DNA from: Rubripirellula sp.
GTDB taxonomy: Bacteria > Planctomycetota > Planctomycetia > Pirellulales > Pirellulaceae
Assembly: GCA_965216875.1 (NCBI GenBank)
Contig: OZ244207.1
Span: 5,408,001 to 5,472,000 of the forward strand
Direction: 5' to 3'
DNA length: 64,000 nucleotides
Below the pieces are notes generated by a model. That model worked only from the letters and a program-made list of their open reading frames with translations. It searched no databases and had not been told where the DNA came from. Shown here piece by piece: positions 20,181-30,009 of the stretch. Every line of letters begins with the position of its first letter. Within the stretch, counting starts at the first letter, position 1. Both the position numbers and the translations under genes were made by a program.

Positions 20181-21128
20181 TTAGGCAGAGACAAATTCGG
20201 AATCGGAACTCAGTCGTGAACGAATCGTTGCGACATCGGTTGCTAGTTGTTGAGCCAAATCTTCGGCCGATTCAAAGCGGGCAATGTCACGCACTCGGAC
20301 GGCAAAGTCAACCATGATCGTTTGGCCATAAAGATCGGCATCGAGATCCATCAGGTGCACTTCGATCTTTGAACGCCCATCCTGCTCGAAGGTGGGACTG
20401 GGTCCGATATGGATCGCCGCCAAATGCCGCTTACCCTGGCAATACGCGTGACCTCCGTAGACCCCCAAGGCAGGTGTCACGACGTCAACTTGCCCGAGGT
20501 TTGCCGTCGGAAAACCGATGGTTCGACCGCGGCCCGCCCCCGTTTCGACGACGCCACGAATACGATGCGGCGCGTTGATCAGGCTTGCTGCGGATTCAAC
20601 ATCGCCTTCAGCGAGCAGACCGCGAATTCGCGTGCTGCTGATCATCCCGTCGCCAACGACCGTCGGCTCAACGATTGAGAGTTTGATCTGGTTGCGATCA
20701 CAAAGCTCAGCCAAGGTTTCGACGTTGCCCTCGCGGCCACGACCGAAGAAGAAGTTGGGACCCTCAACCACCGCCTTGGCTTCCAATCCTTCGACCACCA
20801 ACCCGTTGAAGAACGCCTCGGCCGATTGCTGCAGAAACTCACGTGTCGTCTCACAGACCACCAGGTAATCGACACCGAACTCTGACATGCGTTCAGCGCG
20901 ACGCTCGATCCAGCTCAATCGTGCTGGCAACTGTTGTGGCCGCAGGATCGCCGCAGGATGAGGGTCGAGAATCATCGCGGTGACTGGCCCCGAAACTTCG
21001 TCCGCGAGACGCCTCGCCTCACTCAACAGTGCTGCATGACCTCGATGCACTCCATCGAAGTTGCCAATACTGATCACGCCCCCCTTGTTGGCTGCGGTGA
21101 TTTGAGCGAGCGGGACGATTTCGGTCAC
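20181..21128 (-). CDS. ribF: Bifunctional riboflavin kinase / FAD synthetase
   Basis: IGNFDGVHRGH, ISSTRIR, GRTIGFPTAN and EVH motifs; GTG start at 21128 inferred. Confidence 0.95.
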   Translation of the reverse strand: MTEIVPLAQITAANKGGVISIGNFDGVHRGHAALLSEARRLADEVSGPVTAMILDPHPAAILRPQQLPARLSWIERRAERMSEFGVDYLVVCETTREFLQQSAEAFFNGLVVEGLEAKAVVEGPNFFFGRGREGNVETLAELCDRNQIKLSIVEPTVVGDGMISSTRIRGLLAEGDVESAASLINAPHRIRGVVETGAGRGRTIGFPTANLGQVDVVTPALGVYGGHAYCQGKRHLAAIHIGPSPTFEQDGRSKIEVHLMDLDADLYGQTIMVDFAVRVRDIARFESAEDLAQQLATDVATIRSRLSSDSEFVSA

Positions 21129-21291
21129 TGGGCGAGGCAACGATAGAGGATTGAAAGCAGGGCAGGGGAGTGGAGCGGCTGCCGCGATGGCCTCCACGAT
21201 TATGATCGACTCAGTGCGATCTTCGTAGCGGTGATTCGACGCGGCATTTGGGAGGGATTCCGAGGCGATTTGCGACCAGTCCACCGCGAGG

Positions 21292-22179
21292 CTAGTCGGC
21301 GAGGACCTCGTCAATTGCGAGCGAAATCATCGAAGAAATCGCCGGCGCGGTCACACCTGCTTGCCCCATTTGGCTGGCCACCAAATCGCCAGCTCGACCG
21401 TGCAGCCAGACCCCCAGGCGAGCAGCATCGCCAACCGACAGCGATTGTCCAATCAGCGATGCGATCACTCCGGTAAGCACATCGCCACTGCCGGCGGTCG
21501 CCATCCCGGGGTTACCGGTCGAATTGGTCCAAACCGCATCGCCTTCGATCACCATCGTCGGCGCTCCCTTCAACACAATGACCGCTCCAGAGGCTTTTGA
21601 CAGCTCGATCGCAGCATCCCGCTGCGATCGGCGGTCTGCCGATGACACTCCTGTCAATCGTGCGAACTCGCCCGGATGCGGCGTCAGGACAAGCGAAGCC
21701 TCGGCGGTAGCACTTGCTTGGTTCCGTACCAGAGTCGTCCAATCCAACATCGCCAAACAATTGATCGCGTCGGCATCAAAAACGACGGGCGTCTTCGAAG
21801 ATTGCAAAACGCGCTCAACAATCGCCATCGATCCAGCCGCAGTGGTCATGCCTGGCCCACACGCGACGACGTTGGCGGCGGCCATCCATTTGCAAAGCTC
21901 ACCAGCCGCATCGGTTGCAAACCTGCCGTCCGAATCATCCGCCAGCGGTGTCGTCATGATCGCTGGATGAAACGACGCCACGGTTTCGAGACAACGATTG
22001 GGGACTGCGGCAGTGACCAAGCCGCTTCCGGTATGCAACGCCGCGATCGAACTCAACGCGATCGAACCTGCCATGCCACGACTGCCGCCGATCAACAACA
22101 CGCGTCCAAAGCTTCCCTTGTGCGCATCCGACTCGCGCTGCGGAAGCATGAGTGGCGGTTCGGGACTGTCGTGCGTCAT
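21292..22179 (-). CDS. nnrD: ADP-dependent NAD(P)H-hydrate dehydratase (stand-alone)
   Basis: HKGSFG, GPG, DADA, TPHPGEF and GSGDVLTG motifs; start overlaps larB stop (TGATG). Confidence 0.92.
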   Translation of the reverse strand: MTHDSPEPPLMLPQRESDAHKGSFGRVLLIGGSRGMAGSIALSSIAALHTGSGLVTAAVPNRCLETVASFHPAIMTTPLADDSDGRFATDAAGELCKWMAAANVVACGPGMTTAAGSMAIVERVLQSSKTPVVFDADAINCLAMLDWTTLVRNQASATAEASLVLTPHPGEFARLTGVSSADRRSQRDAAIELSKASGAVIVLKGAPTMVIEGDAVWTNSTGNPGMATAGSGDVLTGVIASLIGQSLSVGDAARLGVWLHGRAGDLVASQMGQAGVTAPAISSMISLAIDEVLAD

Positions 22180-23087
22180 CAGCGTCCAAGTCTCTGCGAA
22201 ACTTCGATCAACTGTTTGAGCACGACTCCGGCCATGTATCCACCTTTGAAACCGGCATCGATGTTGACCACCGAAACGTTGGACGCGCAACTGCAGAGCA
22301 TTCCCATCAGCGGCGTCAGTCCGTTAAGAGCGCTGCCGTACCCGACACTCGTTGGAACGGCAAACACAGGCGCTGAGACATGACCGGCGACCACCGGCGG
22401 AAGAGCACCCTCCATTCCGGCCACAACGACGATCGCCGAAGCTTGGCGCAGTTGGTCCACCACCGCCAACAACCGCTGCGGCCCTGCCACGCCGATGTCC
22501 TCGTACCGAGCGACAGGAATCTTCATCCAAGCCAATGTCTCGATCGCCTCTTCGGCAACCGGCAAGTCAGTGCTGCCCGCCGTCACCACGGCAGCATGCA
22601 GCGTCGTTGCAAGGTCTTCTTTGGCCAGCGGCTGGACCACTTCGCACCGGTCACCCATCGGCGCATGCAGCGTTCGAGCGACCGGGTTGTGCCTGGCCTG
22701 TCCGACGACTTGGCGAACCCGAAAGGCGACATCACTATCAATACGTGTGACGAAAGCGTTTTGACCCGCCTCGTGTTGTGTCTGGATGATTCGCGTGATC
22801 AGTTCCGACGATTTGCCTTCGCCGTAAATCACCTCACCAAACCCACACCTCGCTTGGCGACCCAAATCGACTGTCGCACCTTCGGTTTCTGTCATCATGT
22901 CGAGCGTCCCTGAAGGGGTGGATGATTCACCAATCGAACCACTAGCGGAGCTTCCGCGGTCATTACCACCGCGGCCGTTGACCTGCTGGCGGCTGCGATC
23001 AAGCTGGGCAACCAGCTCGTCGCTCGATGCTTCGCCCGACAGCACTTTGGTGACCAAGTCCAGTAGGGCAGGGGGGAGGTTAGACAT
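22179..23087 (-). CDS. larB: Nickel-pincer cofactor biosynthesis protein LarB (AIR carboxylase-like)
   Basis: GEVIYGEGK, AGSTDLPVAEEA, DIGVAG, VAGMEGAL, VPTSVGYG and VVNID motifs. Confidence 0.92.
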   Translation of the reverse strand: MSNLPPALLDLVTKVLSGEASSDELVAQLDRSRQQVNGRGGNDRGSSASGSIGESSTPSGTLDMMTETEGATVDLGRQARCGFGEVIYGEGKSSELITRIIQTQHEAGQNAFVTRIDSDVAFRVRQVVGQARHNPVARTLHAPMGDRCEVVQPLAKEDLATTLHAAVVTAGSTDLPVAEEAIETLAWMKIPVARYEDIGVAGPQRLLAVVDQLRQASAIVVVAGMEGALPPVVAGHVSAPVFAVPTSVGYGSALNGLTPLMGMLCSCASNVSVVNIDAGFKGGYMAGVVLKQLIEVSQRLGR

Positions 23088-23252
23088 GATGTGGTTTCCG
23101 CATCGTTGTCGACTGCATGCCGGGTTGCGGCCAAGCAAAAGGAATCATCAAATCACAGCGTGATCGACTCTTGCAAATCGCAACCAATCCCATAGTCTCA
23201 CACGTCACACCCCGCGTCTCAAGTCACTCACCCTCCATCAAACACAGCAAAA

Positions 23253-24467
23253 ATGAAAAGTTGCGTCCTCGCGTATTCCGGCGGCCTCGATACTTCCGTC
23301 ATTCTCGGCTGGCTGCAAGACGAAGGCTACGAAGTCCACGCAGTCTACGTTGACCTCGGTCAGCCTTGCGAAGACCGCGAAGCAACGATGCAAAAGGCCA
23401 AGGATTGTGGAGCCGCTTCATCGCGTATTGTCGACGTTCGCGAAGAGCTGTGTCGCGACTTTGCTTTTCCCGTCCTCGCATGGCAAGCCAAGTACGAACA
23501 AATCTACTTGCTCGGGACTTCGATCGCCCGCCCCTTGATCAGCAAGGTGTGTCTTGAGGTCGCCCGCGAGGTCGGAGCCACCGCCTACGCTCACGGTGCA
23601 ACTGGCAAAGGAAACGACCAATGTCGCTTCCAACTGGCAGCCGAAGCACTCGACCCAAGCGTGGAAATGATCGCCCCCTGGCGAATCAAAAAGTTCCGCG
23701 ATGCATTCCCGGGACGAACCGAACTGATTGCCTACTGCGAAAACAAGAACATCCCTGTCAAAGCATCGACGGCCAAACCTTACTCGAGCGACGAAAACGT
23801 CTTGCACATCAGCTATGAAGCAGGCGAGCTGGAAGAGCTAGACGTCAACGGCGTCGAACTGGTCGACTTCGGTATGGGCGTCAGTCCTCAAGAAGCACCC
23901 GACGAATCGGAAACGGTCACCATCGGATTCGAATCAGGTGTTCCGACCACACTCAACGGCACCAAAGTTGGCCCGCTGGTCATGGTTCAACAGCTCAACC
24001 AAATCGCTGGCCGCAACGGTGTCGGCCGAATTGATATGGTTGAGAATCGATTTGTTGGCATGAAGAGCCGCGGCGTTTACGAATCACCAGGCATGACCGT
24101 CCTGTACGACGCGTTGATGTACATCGAACAACTGACGATGGATCGCGACCTGACTCACCTCCGCGATCGGCTCGCCCCCGAAGTTGCCGAAATGGTTTAC
24201 TACGGTTTCTGGTACACGCCAAAGATGGATGCGTTGATGTCGTTCATCAAGGAAGCTCAAAAACCAGTGACCGGCGAAGTCACCCTGAAACTTTACAAAG
24301 GCAACATCAGCGTCGATTCGCGAACCAGCCCAAACAGCCTTTACGATGCAGAAATCGCAACGATGGAGGGCGGCGGATCCTACAACCAAGACGACGCCGA
24401 AGGCTTCTTGCGAATTCAGGGGCTGCCAAGCCGCGTCCAGGGCACGGTATCGCCAAGAAAGTTCTAG
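23253..24467 (+). CDS. argG: Argininosuccinate synthase
   Basis: LAYSGGLDTS, HGATGKGNDQ and ENRFVGMKSRGVYE motifs. Confidence 0.98.
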   Translation: MKSCVLAYSGGLDTSVILGWLQDEGYEVHAVYVDLGQPCEDREATMQKAKDCGAASSRIVDVREELCRDFAFPVLAWQAKYEQIYLLGTSIARPLISKVCLEVAREVGATAYAHGATGKGNDQCRFQLAAEALDPSVEMIAPWRIKKFRDAFPGRTELIAYCENKNIPVKASTAKPYSSDENVLHISYEAGELEELDVNGVELVDFGMGVSPQEAPDESETVTIGFESGVPTTLNGTKVGPLVMVQQLNQIAGRNGVGRIDMVENRFVGMKSRGVYESPGMTVLYDALMYIEQLTMDRDLTHLRDRLAPEVAEMVYYGFWYTPKMDALMSFIKEAQKPVTGEVTLKLYKGNISVDSRTSPNSLYDAEIATMEGGGSYNQDDAEGFLRIQGLPSRVQGTVSPRKF

Positions 24468-24480
24468 AACCGCCCGGACG

Positions 24481-24552
24481 TCCCGAAACCGGATGGGACA
24501 TTCCAAAATCGGAAGTGGCGTTTCAAAACCAGTCCGCGCGTTTCAGAATCGG
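24481..24552. repeat. Four degenerate 12-mers (TYYCRRAAYCRG) at exact 20-bp period
   Basis: tcccgaaaccgg (24481), ttccaaaatcgg (24501), tttcaaaaccag (24521), tttcagaatcgg (24541). Confidence 0.6.
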
Positions 24553-24818
24553 CAAAGCACCCGCCACCTGGGCCGCGCGTCCCCCTCACAATGAACCATC
24601 AAGGCCATGCGAGACATACTCGCATGGCCTTTTTTATTGACGCGTAGACGCACTCTTCTTAGATTCAGATGGTTCGATGCTTGGTGCACAAGGCACTCGG
24701 TCTGCGCGCCAAGACGCCCAAACATCAACAACGCAGGGACGATAAGTCTCTCTATTCCAAGCTCGCCAAACTCACGGCGAAAAACCTGTCATTGCAATCA
24801 CGTGGTTGAGACATCGAC

Positions 24819-26657
24819 ATGCTGATCCTACGTACACTCCAAGTCGGCCTCGTTGCCCTCTTGGTCTTCTCAAGCGTTCCAGTGGACGCGGGCACATTCG
24901 AAGTCGAATCCCGCGCCGATGTCGCGTTGATGAAACGCAAGGTTCGGGCTGCTCAATTCTTGCACCGCGCCACGTTTGGTCCAACGCTCGAAGACATCGA
25001 TCAACTCGCTGCTCGGATGCGGCAGATCGGAACTCGTCGCGCTTGCGAAGAATGGATCAACGAGCAATTTGAGATCCCTGCGACGCTGCATGAACCGCTC
25101 GCGATTCAAATGATCCAAGACGACGGGTTCACCACCAATCAAAACAACGTCTGGATCCAACGTTTTCGCTATCACGCTTGGTGGCACAACTCACTGACCG
25201 CCGAAGACCAATTACGTCAGCGTGTCGCTTGGGCCCTGATTCAAATCCTTGTCACCAGCGAAGACGGCGCCGGATTCAACGATGCCAACCTCGGTAACGT
25301 TTCGGGCATCGGCCGCTGGCTGGGACCTACAAACTATTACGACATGTTGCTGAAGAACTCTTTCGGCAACTACCGCGAATTGCTCGAAGACGTCACCTAC
25401 CATCCGATCATGGGCGTCTACTTGAGCCACATGCGCAATCGCAAATCGAACGGAGTGCGATTCCCCGATGAAAACTACGCACGAGAGATCATGCAGCTGT
25501 TCACCATCGGCTTGTATGAACTTCATCTCGATGGTCGGCTGAAGACAGATGACGAAGGGAACCTCATCCCGACTTACGACAACGAAACAATCAAGAGCTT
25601 CGCTCGCGTCTTTACGGGCCTGACGTTCCAACCGGCCAACAATAACAACCACCCGTTTTGGAGCGGCAATGACTTTGAGTATCCCATGGTCATGTACGCC
25701 CCCGAGCATGACACCGATCCCAAAACGCTGCTCCGCGGCGAAGTGGTCGACCTGGACGACCCGGACGCCGAAATCAAAGCAGCGATCGAAAACCTGTTCA
25801 ACCATGAAAACATCGCGCCCTTTATCGCTCGACGATTGATTCAGCGGTTCGTCAAAAGCAATCCTTCACGTGCTTACATTCGCCGCGTTGCAAGAAAGTT
25901 CGAAAACAACGGCCAAGGCGAACGTGGTGACCTGAAAGCCGTTATCAAAGCAGTCCTCCTCGACCCTGAATGTTGGCGGAGTGTCCGAATTCGGGGCCTT
26001 CGTAGTCCCAACCGCGTCGAAGTAACGCCCCGCGGAACGGAATACTCGCGATTGCGTGAACCAGTGATTCGCTACACCTCGATGCTTCGCGCCGTCAACG
26101 TGACCAGCACGTACCACACCGGCCGAATGATGGTTTCGCCCCAATCGTGGAACTGGACACAAGAACCCTATCAATCGCCCAGCGTCTTCAACTTCTGGTT
26201 GCCTGATTACCAACCTCCGGGCGAACTATCGCGACACCCACCTTCGCGACGCATTCCCAATGGAGCGCTCTACGCACCCGAGTTTCAAATGAAGACAGCC
26301 GTGACATCCAACCGGTTGGTCAACCGCTACATCTGGGACATCAGTGGCCAGCGTTCGCGTCACTACCTCAGCAACAGTAACTACACGATGGATTGTGAAT
26401 TGCTGTTCGACCTCGAGCGTCAAAAAACGTATGCGACCGAAGATGACGACATGCACAAGCTATTGGACGAATTCGACTTGGTCTATTGCTGTGGATCGAT
26501 GCCGCAAGACTACAAAGATCGGATCGTCGAAGTCGTCAACGATCGAACGCAGTGGATGAAGAACAATGCCCAGTACCGGCCAGAGCTCGAAAATGCTCGA
26601 GTCGAAAGCGCGTTGATCGCCGTTGTCACCTCACCCTTCTGTGCTGTGTCCGAATAG
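24819..26657 (+). CDS. DUF1800 family protein
   Basis: AAQFLHRATFGPT, DQLRQRVAWAL, PDENYAREIMQLFTIGL and SPSVFNF motifs. Confidence 0.92.
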   Translation: MLILRTLQVGLVALLVFSSVPVDAGTFEVESRADVALMKRKVRAAQFLHRATFGPTLEDIDQLAARMRQIGTRRACEEWINEQFEIPATLHEPLAIQMIQDDGFTTNQNNVWIQRFRYHAWWHNSLTAEDQLRQRVAWALIQILVTSEDGAGFNDANLGNVSGIGRWLGPTNYYDMLLKNSFGNYRELLEDVTYHPIMGVYLSHMRNRKSNGVRFPDENYAREIMQLFTIGLYELHLDGRLKTDDEGNLIPTYDNETIKSFARVFTGLTFQPANNNNHPFWSGNDFEYPMVMYAPEHDTDPKTLLRGEVVDLDDPDAEIKAAIENLFNHENIAPFIARRLIQRFVKSNPSRAYIRRVARKFENNGQGERGDLKAVIKAVLLDPECWRSVRIRGLRSPNRVEVTPRGTEYSRLREPVIRYTSMLRAVNVTSTYHTGRMMVSPQSWNWTQEPYQSPSVFNFWLPDYQPPGELSRHPPSRRIPNGALYAPEFQMKTAVTSNRLVNRYIWDISGQRSRHYLSNSNYTMDCELLFDLERQKTYATEDDDMHKLLDEFDLVYCCGSMPQDYKDRIVEVVNDRTQWMKNNAQYRPELENARVESALIAVVTSPFCAVSE

Positions 26658-26749
26658 ACACATTTGCCGAGTGGACACCGGGTCACTCTTCGTTTCACAC
26701 AACTCCTCACCAAACATCATCGCAGTCAACAAGTCGCTGGAACGTCGCC

Positions 26750-28219
26750 ATGAAACAAGCCGTCAAGATTAGCCGCGATTCTCTGTCTCGCCGCAACCTG
26801 ATGAAGTCCGCTGGCGGATGCGCTGCGCTAACCAGCACGTCGCTCCTGTCGACCATGTTCAACCTCTCGGCGACCAATGCCTTGATGGCTCAGGGAACAT
26901 CGATCAACGATTACAAAGCGATCGTTTGCTTGTTCCTGTTCGGTGGCAACGACTCGTACAACATGCTTTCGCCCACGACCGCTGGAGAGCGCGAAGCGTA
27001 TGTGACTGCGCGCGGCGGTCTGCACACCGAAGTCAACGGCGCACTTGGACTTGAACTCGATTCGCTGCATCAAATCACTGACGGCCCGTCGGGACGCACC
27101 TTCGGCATCCACAATTCGATGCCGGAAATGAAAACACTTTACGATGCTGGTGACCTAACGTTCCTGTGCAATGTCGGCAGTCTGGTCCGTCCAACCACCA
27201 TGGCCGACTATCAAGCACAGACGAATCTGCCACTTGGACTCTTTTCACACAGTGACCTGCAACAACACTGGATGACCTCGGTCCCACAAACGCGTTCGCA
27301 GGTCACCGGTTGGGCTGGCCGCATGGCGGACCTGTTGACCGCTTCGACGAATACCAACGACAGCATCTCGATGAACATTTCGTTGAACAACGTTAACATG
27401 CTGCAAACCGGCAACAGCGTCGTGCCTTACGTCGTGACCTCCGGCGGAGCCCAGGAAGTGGGCTGGTACGGACCAACGTGGACTCAGGCCGACATCTTTA
27501 CCACGCTGACTGACGATGTTCTGTCGCGCACCTATGGCAACTTGGTCGAAAAGACCTTTGCTCAAGGCAACCGCAACGCGCTCGACGCTGCGATCGCTTA
27601 CAACCAAGCGACGTCGCAAGTCACATCCGTCAACGACTTCTTCCCTGACGAAAACGATCCCAACACGCCAAATCCAACGTCGCTCCAGCAACAGATGCGA
27701 ATGGTGGCTCGCGCGATCGGCGCCAATCAAACGCTCGGTCATAAACGCCAAGTCTTTTTCGTCAGCCACTTTGGTTGGGACAATCATGACGAATTGATCA
27801 ACAACCAGAATTACAACTTGATGGTGGTCAGCCAGGCGCTCAAGAACTTCTATGACGCCATCGATGACCTCGGCCTTGGCAATGATGTCCTGACCTTCAC
27901 GGCGAGCGACTTTGCTCGAACACTCAATAGCAACGGCCAAGGCTCGGATCACGCTTGGGGCGGAAACCAAATCATCATGGGCGGTGGCGTCAACGGTGGC
28001 CGTATCTATGGCGACTATCCGTCGTCGCTGGCACCAGGCAACTCACTCGACCTCGGCCGTGGACGCTTGTTGCCAACGACAAGCGTCGACGAAATGTCGG
28101 CCGAAATCGCAATGTGGTATGGGGTCGGCAACAACCAAGATCTTGTCGATGTCTTGCCAAACATTCGAAGTTTCCCATCCGCCAACACCGGCACCCGTCC
28201 AATCGGATTCCTCAGCTAA
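26750..28219 (+). CDS. DUF1501 family protein with Tat-like signal
   Basis: SRRNLMK; DYKAIVCLFLFGGNDS; LFSHSD; SDFARTL.SNG.GSDHAWG. Confidence 0.92.
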   Translation: MKQAVKISRDSLSRRNLMKSAGGCAALTSTSLLSTMFNLSATNALMAQGTSINDYKAIVCLFLFGGNDSYNMLSPTTAGEREAYVTARGGLHTEVNGALGLELDSLHQITDGPSGRTFGIHNSMPEMKTLYDAGDLTFLCNVGSLVRPTTMADYQAQTNLPLGLFSHSDLQQHWMTSVPQTRSQVTGWAGRMADLLTASTNTNDSISMNISLNNVNMLQTGNSVVPYVVTSGGAQEVGWYGPTWTQADIFTTLTDDVLSRTYGNLVEKTFAQGNRNALDAAIAYNQATSQVTSVNDFFPDENDPNTPNPTSLQQQMRMVARAIGANQTLGHKRQVFFVSHFGWDNHDELINNQNYNLMVVSQALKNFYDAIDDLGLGNDVLTFTASDFARTLNSNGQGSDHAWGGNQIIMGGGVNGGRIYGDYPSSLAPGNSLDLGRGRLLPTTSVDEMSAEIAMWYGVGNNQDLVDVLPNIRSFPSANTGTRPIGFLS

Positions 28220-28261
28220 AGCAAACCGGGGCAGGGCAGGGGACCCAACCAAAATCAAGCG

Positions 28262-28495
28262 AGCCCCTCATCGCCATCGCCCCCATCTCTCTCCCGTCCT
28301 TCTTTCTCTCCCCTCCATCTTTCTCTCCGCTATTCTTCCGCCCCTCTTCCCGCGCACCCTTTTTCTGCCCCACATCTTTTTGCCTCTTCTTTCTGTGCGC
28401 ATCCTCAAGAGCAGAATCACCTAACCGCTACCTACCCCATCTTTCTGCCCACCATTTTTCTGTCCCTCTTCACGCGCACTATTCTCTTCCCGCGG
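28262..28495. repeat. Pyrimidine-rich low-complexity tract of CCATCTTT(C)TGCC-like units
   Basis: About 230 bp strongly C/T on + strand, with repeated ccatctttct and tttttctg units; intergenic between convergent genes. Confidence 0.7.
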
Positions 28496-28502
28496 GCCTT
28501 CG

Positions 28503-29408
28503 CTAGTCGAGCAGATCATCACGCAGCCGTTCACCTCCGCTCGGTGTGACCAATGCGCGAAACGTTTGCGTGTCAGTGGTGATTGGCAAGAAGTGGCCGC
28601 GTCCATCAACGGTCGCCATCATCGCACCGTCGTCGATCAATCCGCCTGGTTCAACGCCCACTGTGCCACCGACATTGCCGACCATTTTTGCAAAATCCAA
28701 ATCCATCGGTTCGGTCCACATGCGCGACGGCACCAATGGCTTGCCTTCGATCACAAGAATCGTCTGGCCCGGATCGTCGACCACCGCGTTGGGGCCGAGC
28801 GGTTTTGCTTTGGGCGGAAAGAGTGTCCCCGTACCCACGATGTAGAAATACGCTGTCTCTGAATACATCCCTTGCGCGGTCGCATCGGGATGTTTGAACA
28901 CCGACGGCGGGTTGTAGGCGACCGACATATTCTCGGGATCATCCCAAGACACATCGAGTTTGAATTGGTTGTAGAGCTCTTCCTCACCCAGGTATGGCAA
29001 AATCAACACGCGCCATGAATGGAGTTTTTGTCCGTTCGCCGCTCGAGTAAAGGGCGGCGGATAGGTTCCGAAGTCAGCCGCGTAGGCGTTGAGCGCCTTG
29101 GCGATCTTTTCCAGGTTGCTCTTGGAGGCCGCTTTGATTCGGTTCGTATTGAACCGATTCATGGTGTCCCCGCCATACTTGGCCGCCGCAAAAATAAAGC
29201 AGCCCAAGAGGATCACGGCGACCAAAGAGGCGACGATCCATCGCAACGACTTCACGCCATCTTGAGGCGCGCTCGCATGGCTTGTTCCGGAAAACTCTGG
29301 AAGCTGAATCTCGCCTCCGCACGAGACGCATTGACCAGCCTGGCCACTGAAACGATCCTCAACCTGAGTCTTTGTTTGGCAGTGGGGGCAAGTGAACAAG
29401 TACGGCAT
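28503..29408 (-). CDS. DUF1559 domain protein with N-terminal zinc ribbon and TM helix
   Basis: CPHC...CVSC, TM segment, SNLEKIAKALNAY and HSWRVLILPYL.E motifs. Confidence 0.88.
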   Translation of the reverse strand: MPYLFTCPHCQTKTQVEDRFSGQAGQCVSCGGEIQLPEFSGTSHASAPQDGVKSLRWIVASLVAVILLGCFIFAAAKYGGDTMNRFNTNRIKAASKSNLEKIAKALNAYAADFGTYPPPFTRAANGQKLHSWRVLILPYLGEEELYNQFKLDVSWDDPENMSVAYNPPSVFKHPDATAQGMYSETAYFYIVGTGTLFPPKAKPLGPNAVVDDPGQTILVIEGKPLVPSRMWTEPMDLDFAKMVGNVGGTVGVEPGGLIDDGAMMATVDGRGHFLPITTDTQTFRALVTPSGGERLRDDLLD

Positions 29409-29562
29409 GTTTCCGAAGCGTCCTAACCAAGAAAAAAGAACACGATCTTTGCGTTCGACCGGCTCGTGAAGATCCCCATATGGTGCAGGGCAGGGGAGTG
29501 GGTATTTTATCAGGCCTGTCCTTGCGATTCATTCTATCAACATTCATTGGGGAAACTGACCG

Positions 29563-30000
29563 GTGCGAGTCGTCCTTCAGCGTGTTCTCAGTGCCCAAGT
29601 CGAAGTGAACGGCAAGGTGGTTGGCCAAATCGACGGCGGCCTATTGGCACTCGTCGGGATTGGTCACGACGATGGACCGGAACAAGTCGAGTGGATGGCG
29701 GGCAAAACCGCCGAGCTGCGCATCTTTGAAGACGACGCTGGAAAGATGAACCGCAGCCTCCTCGACACCGGTGGCCAAGCTTTGGTGGTCAGTCAATTCA
29801 CGTTGTTGGGCGATTGCCGAAAAGGGAGACGTCCCGCCTTCACCGCGGCCGCGGCGCCCGAGCTGGCCAACGAACTCTATGAGATGTATTGCGATCGGCT
29901 CGCCGAGAGAGAGATCAAAGTCGAACGTGGCATCTTTGCTGCCGACATGCAGGTATCGCTCGTCAACGACGGCCCCGTCACGATGGTGATCGATCGCTAA
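29563..30000 (+). CDS. dtd: D-aminoacyl-tRNA deacylase
   Basis: MRVVLQRV, VSQFTL and NDGPVT motifs. Confidence 0.97.
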   Translation: MRVVLQRVLSAQVEVNGKVVGQIDGGLLALVGIGHDDGPEQVEWMAGKTAELRIFEDDAGKMNRSLLDTGGQALVVSQFTLLGDCRKGRRPAFTAAAAPELANELYEMYCDRLAEREIKVERGIFAADMQVSLVNDGPVTMVIDR

Positions 30001-30009
30001 CTTGTGTCA

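Noticed and set aside
24719..24745. Sigma-28-like promoter CAAA-N15-GACGATAA; also GCCGATAA at 5863
   Set aside because: The first has two mismatches to consensus and the second lacks a correctly spaced -35. Too weak without transcription start data.
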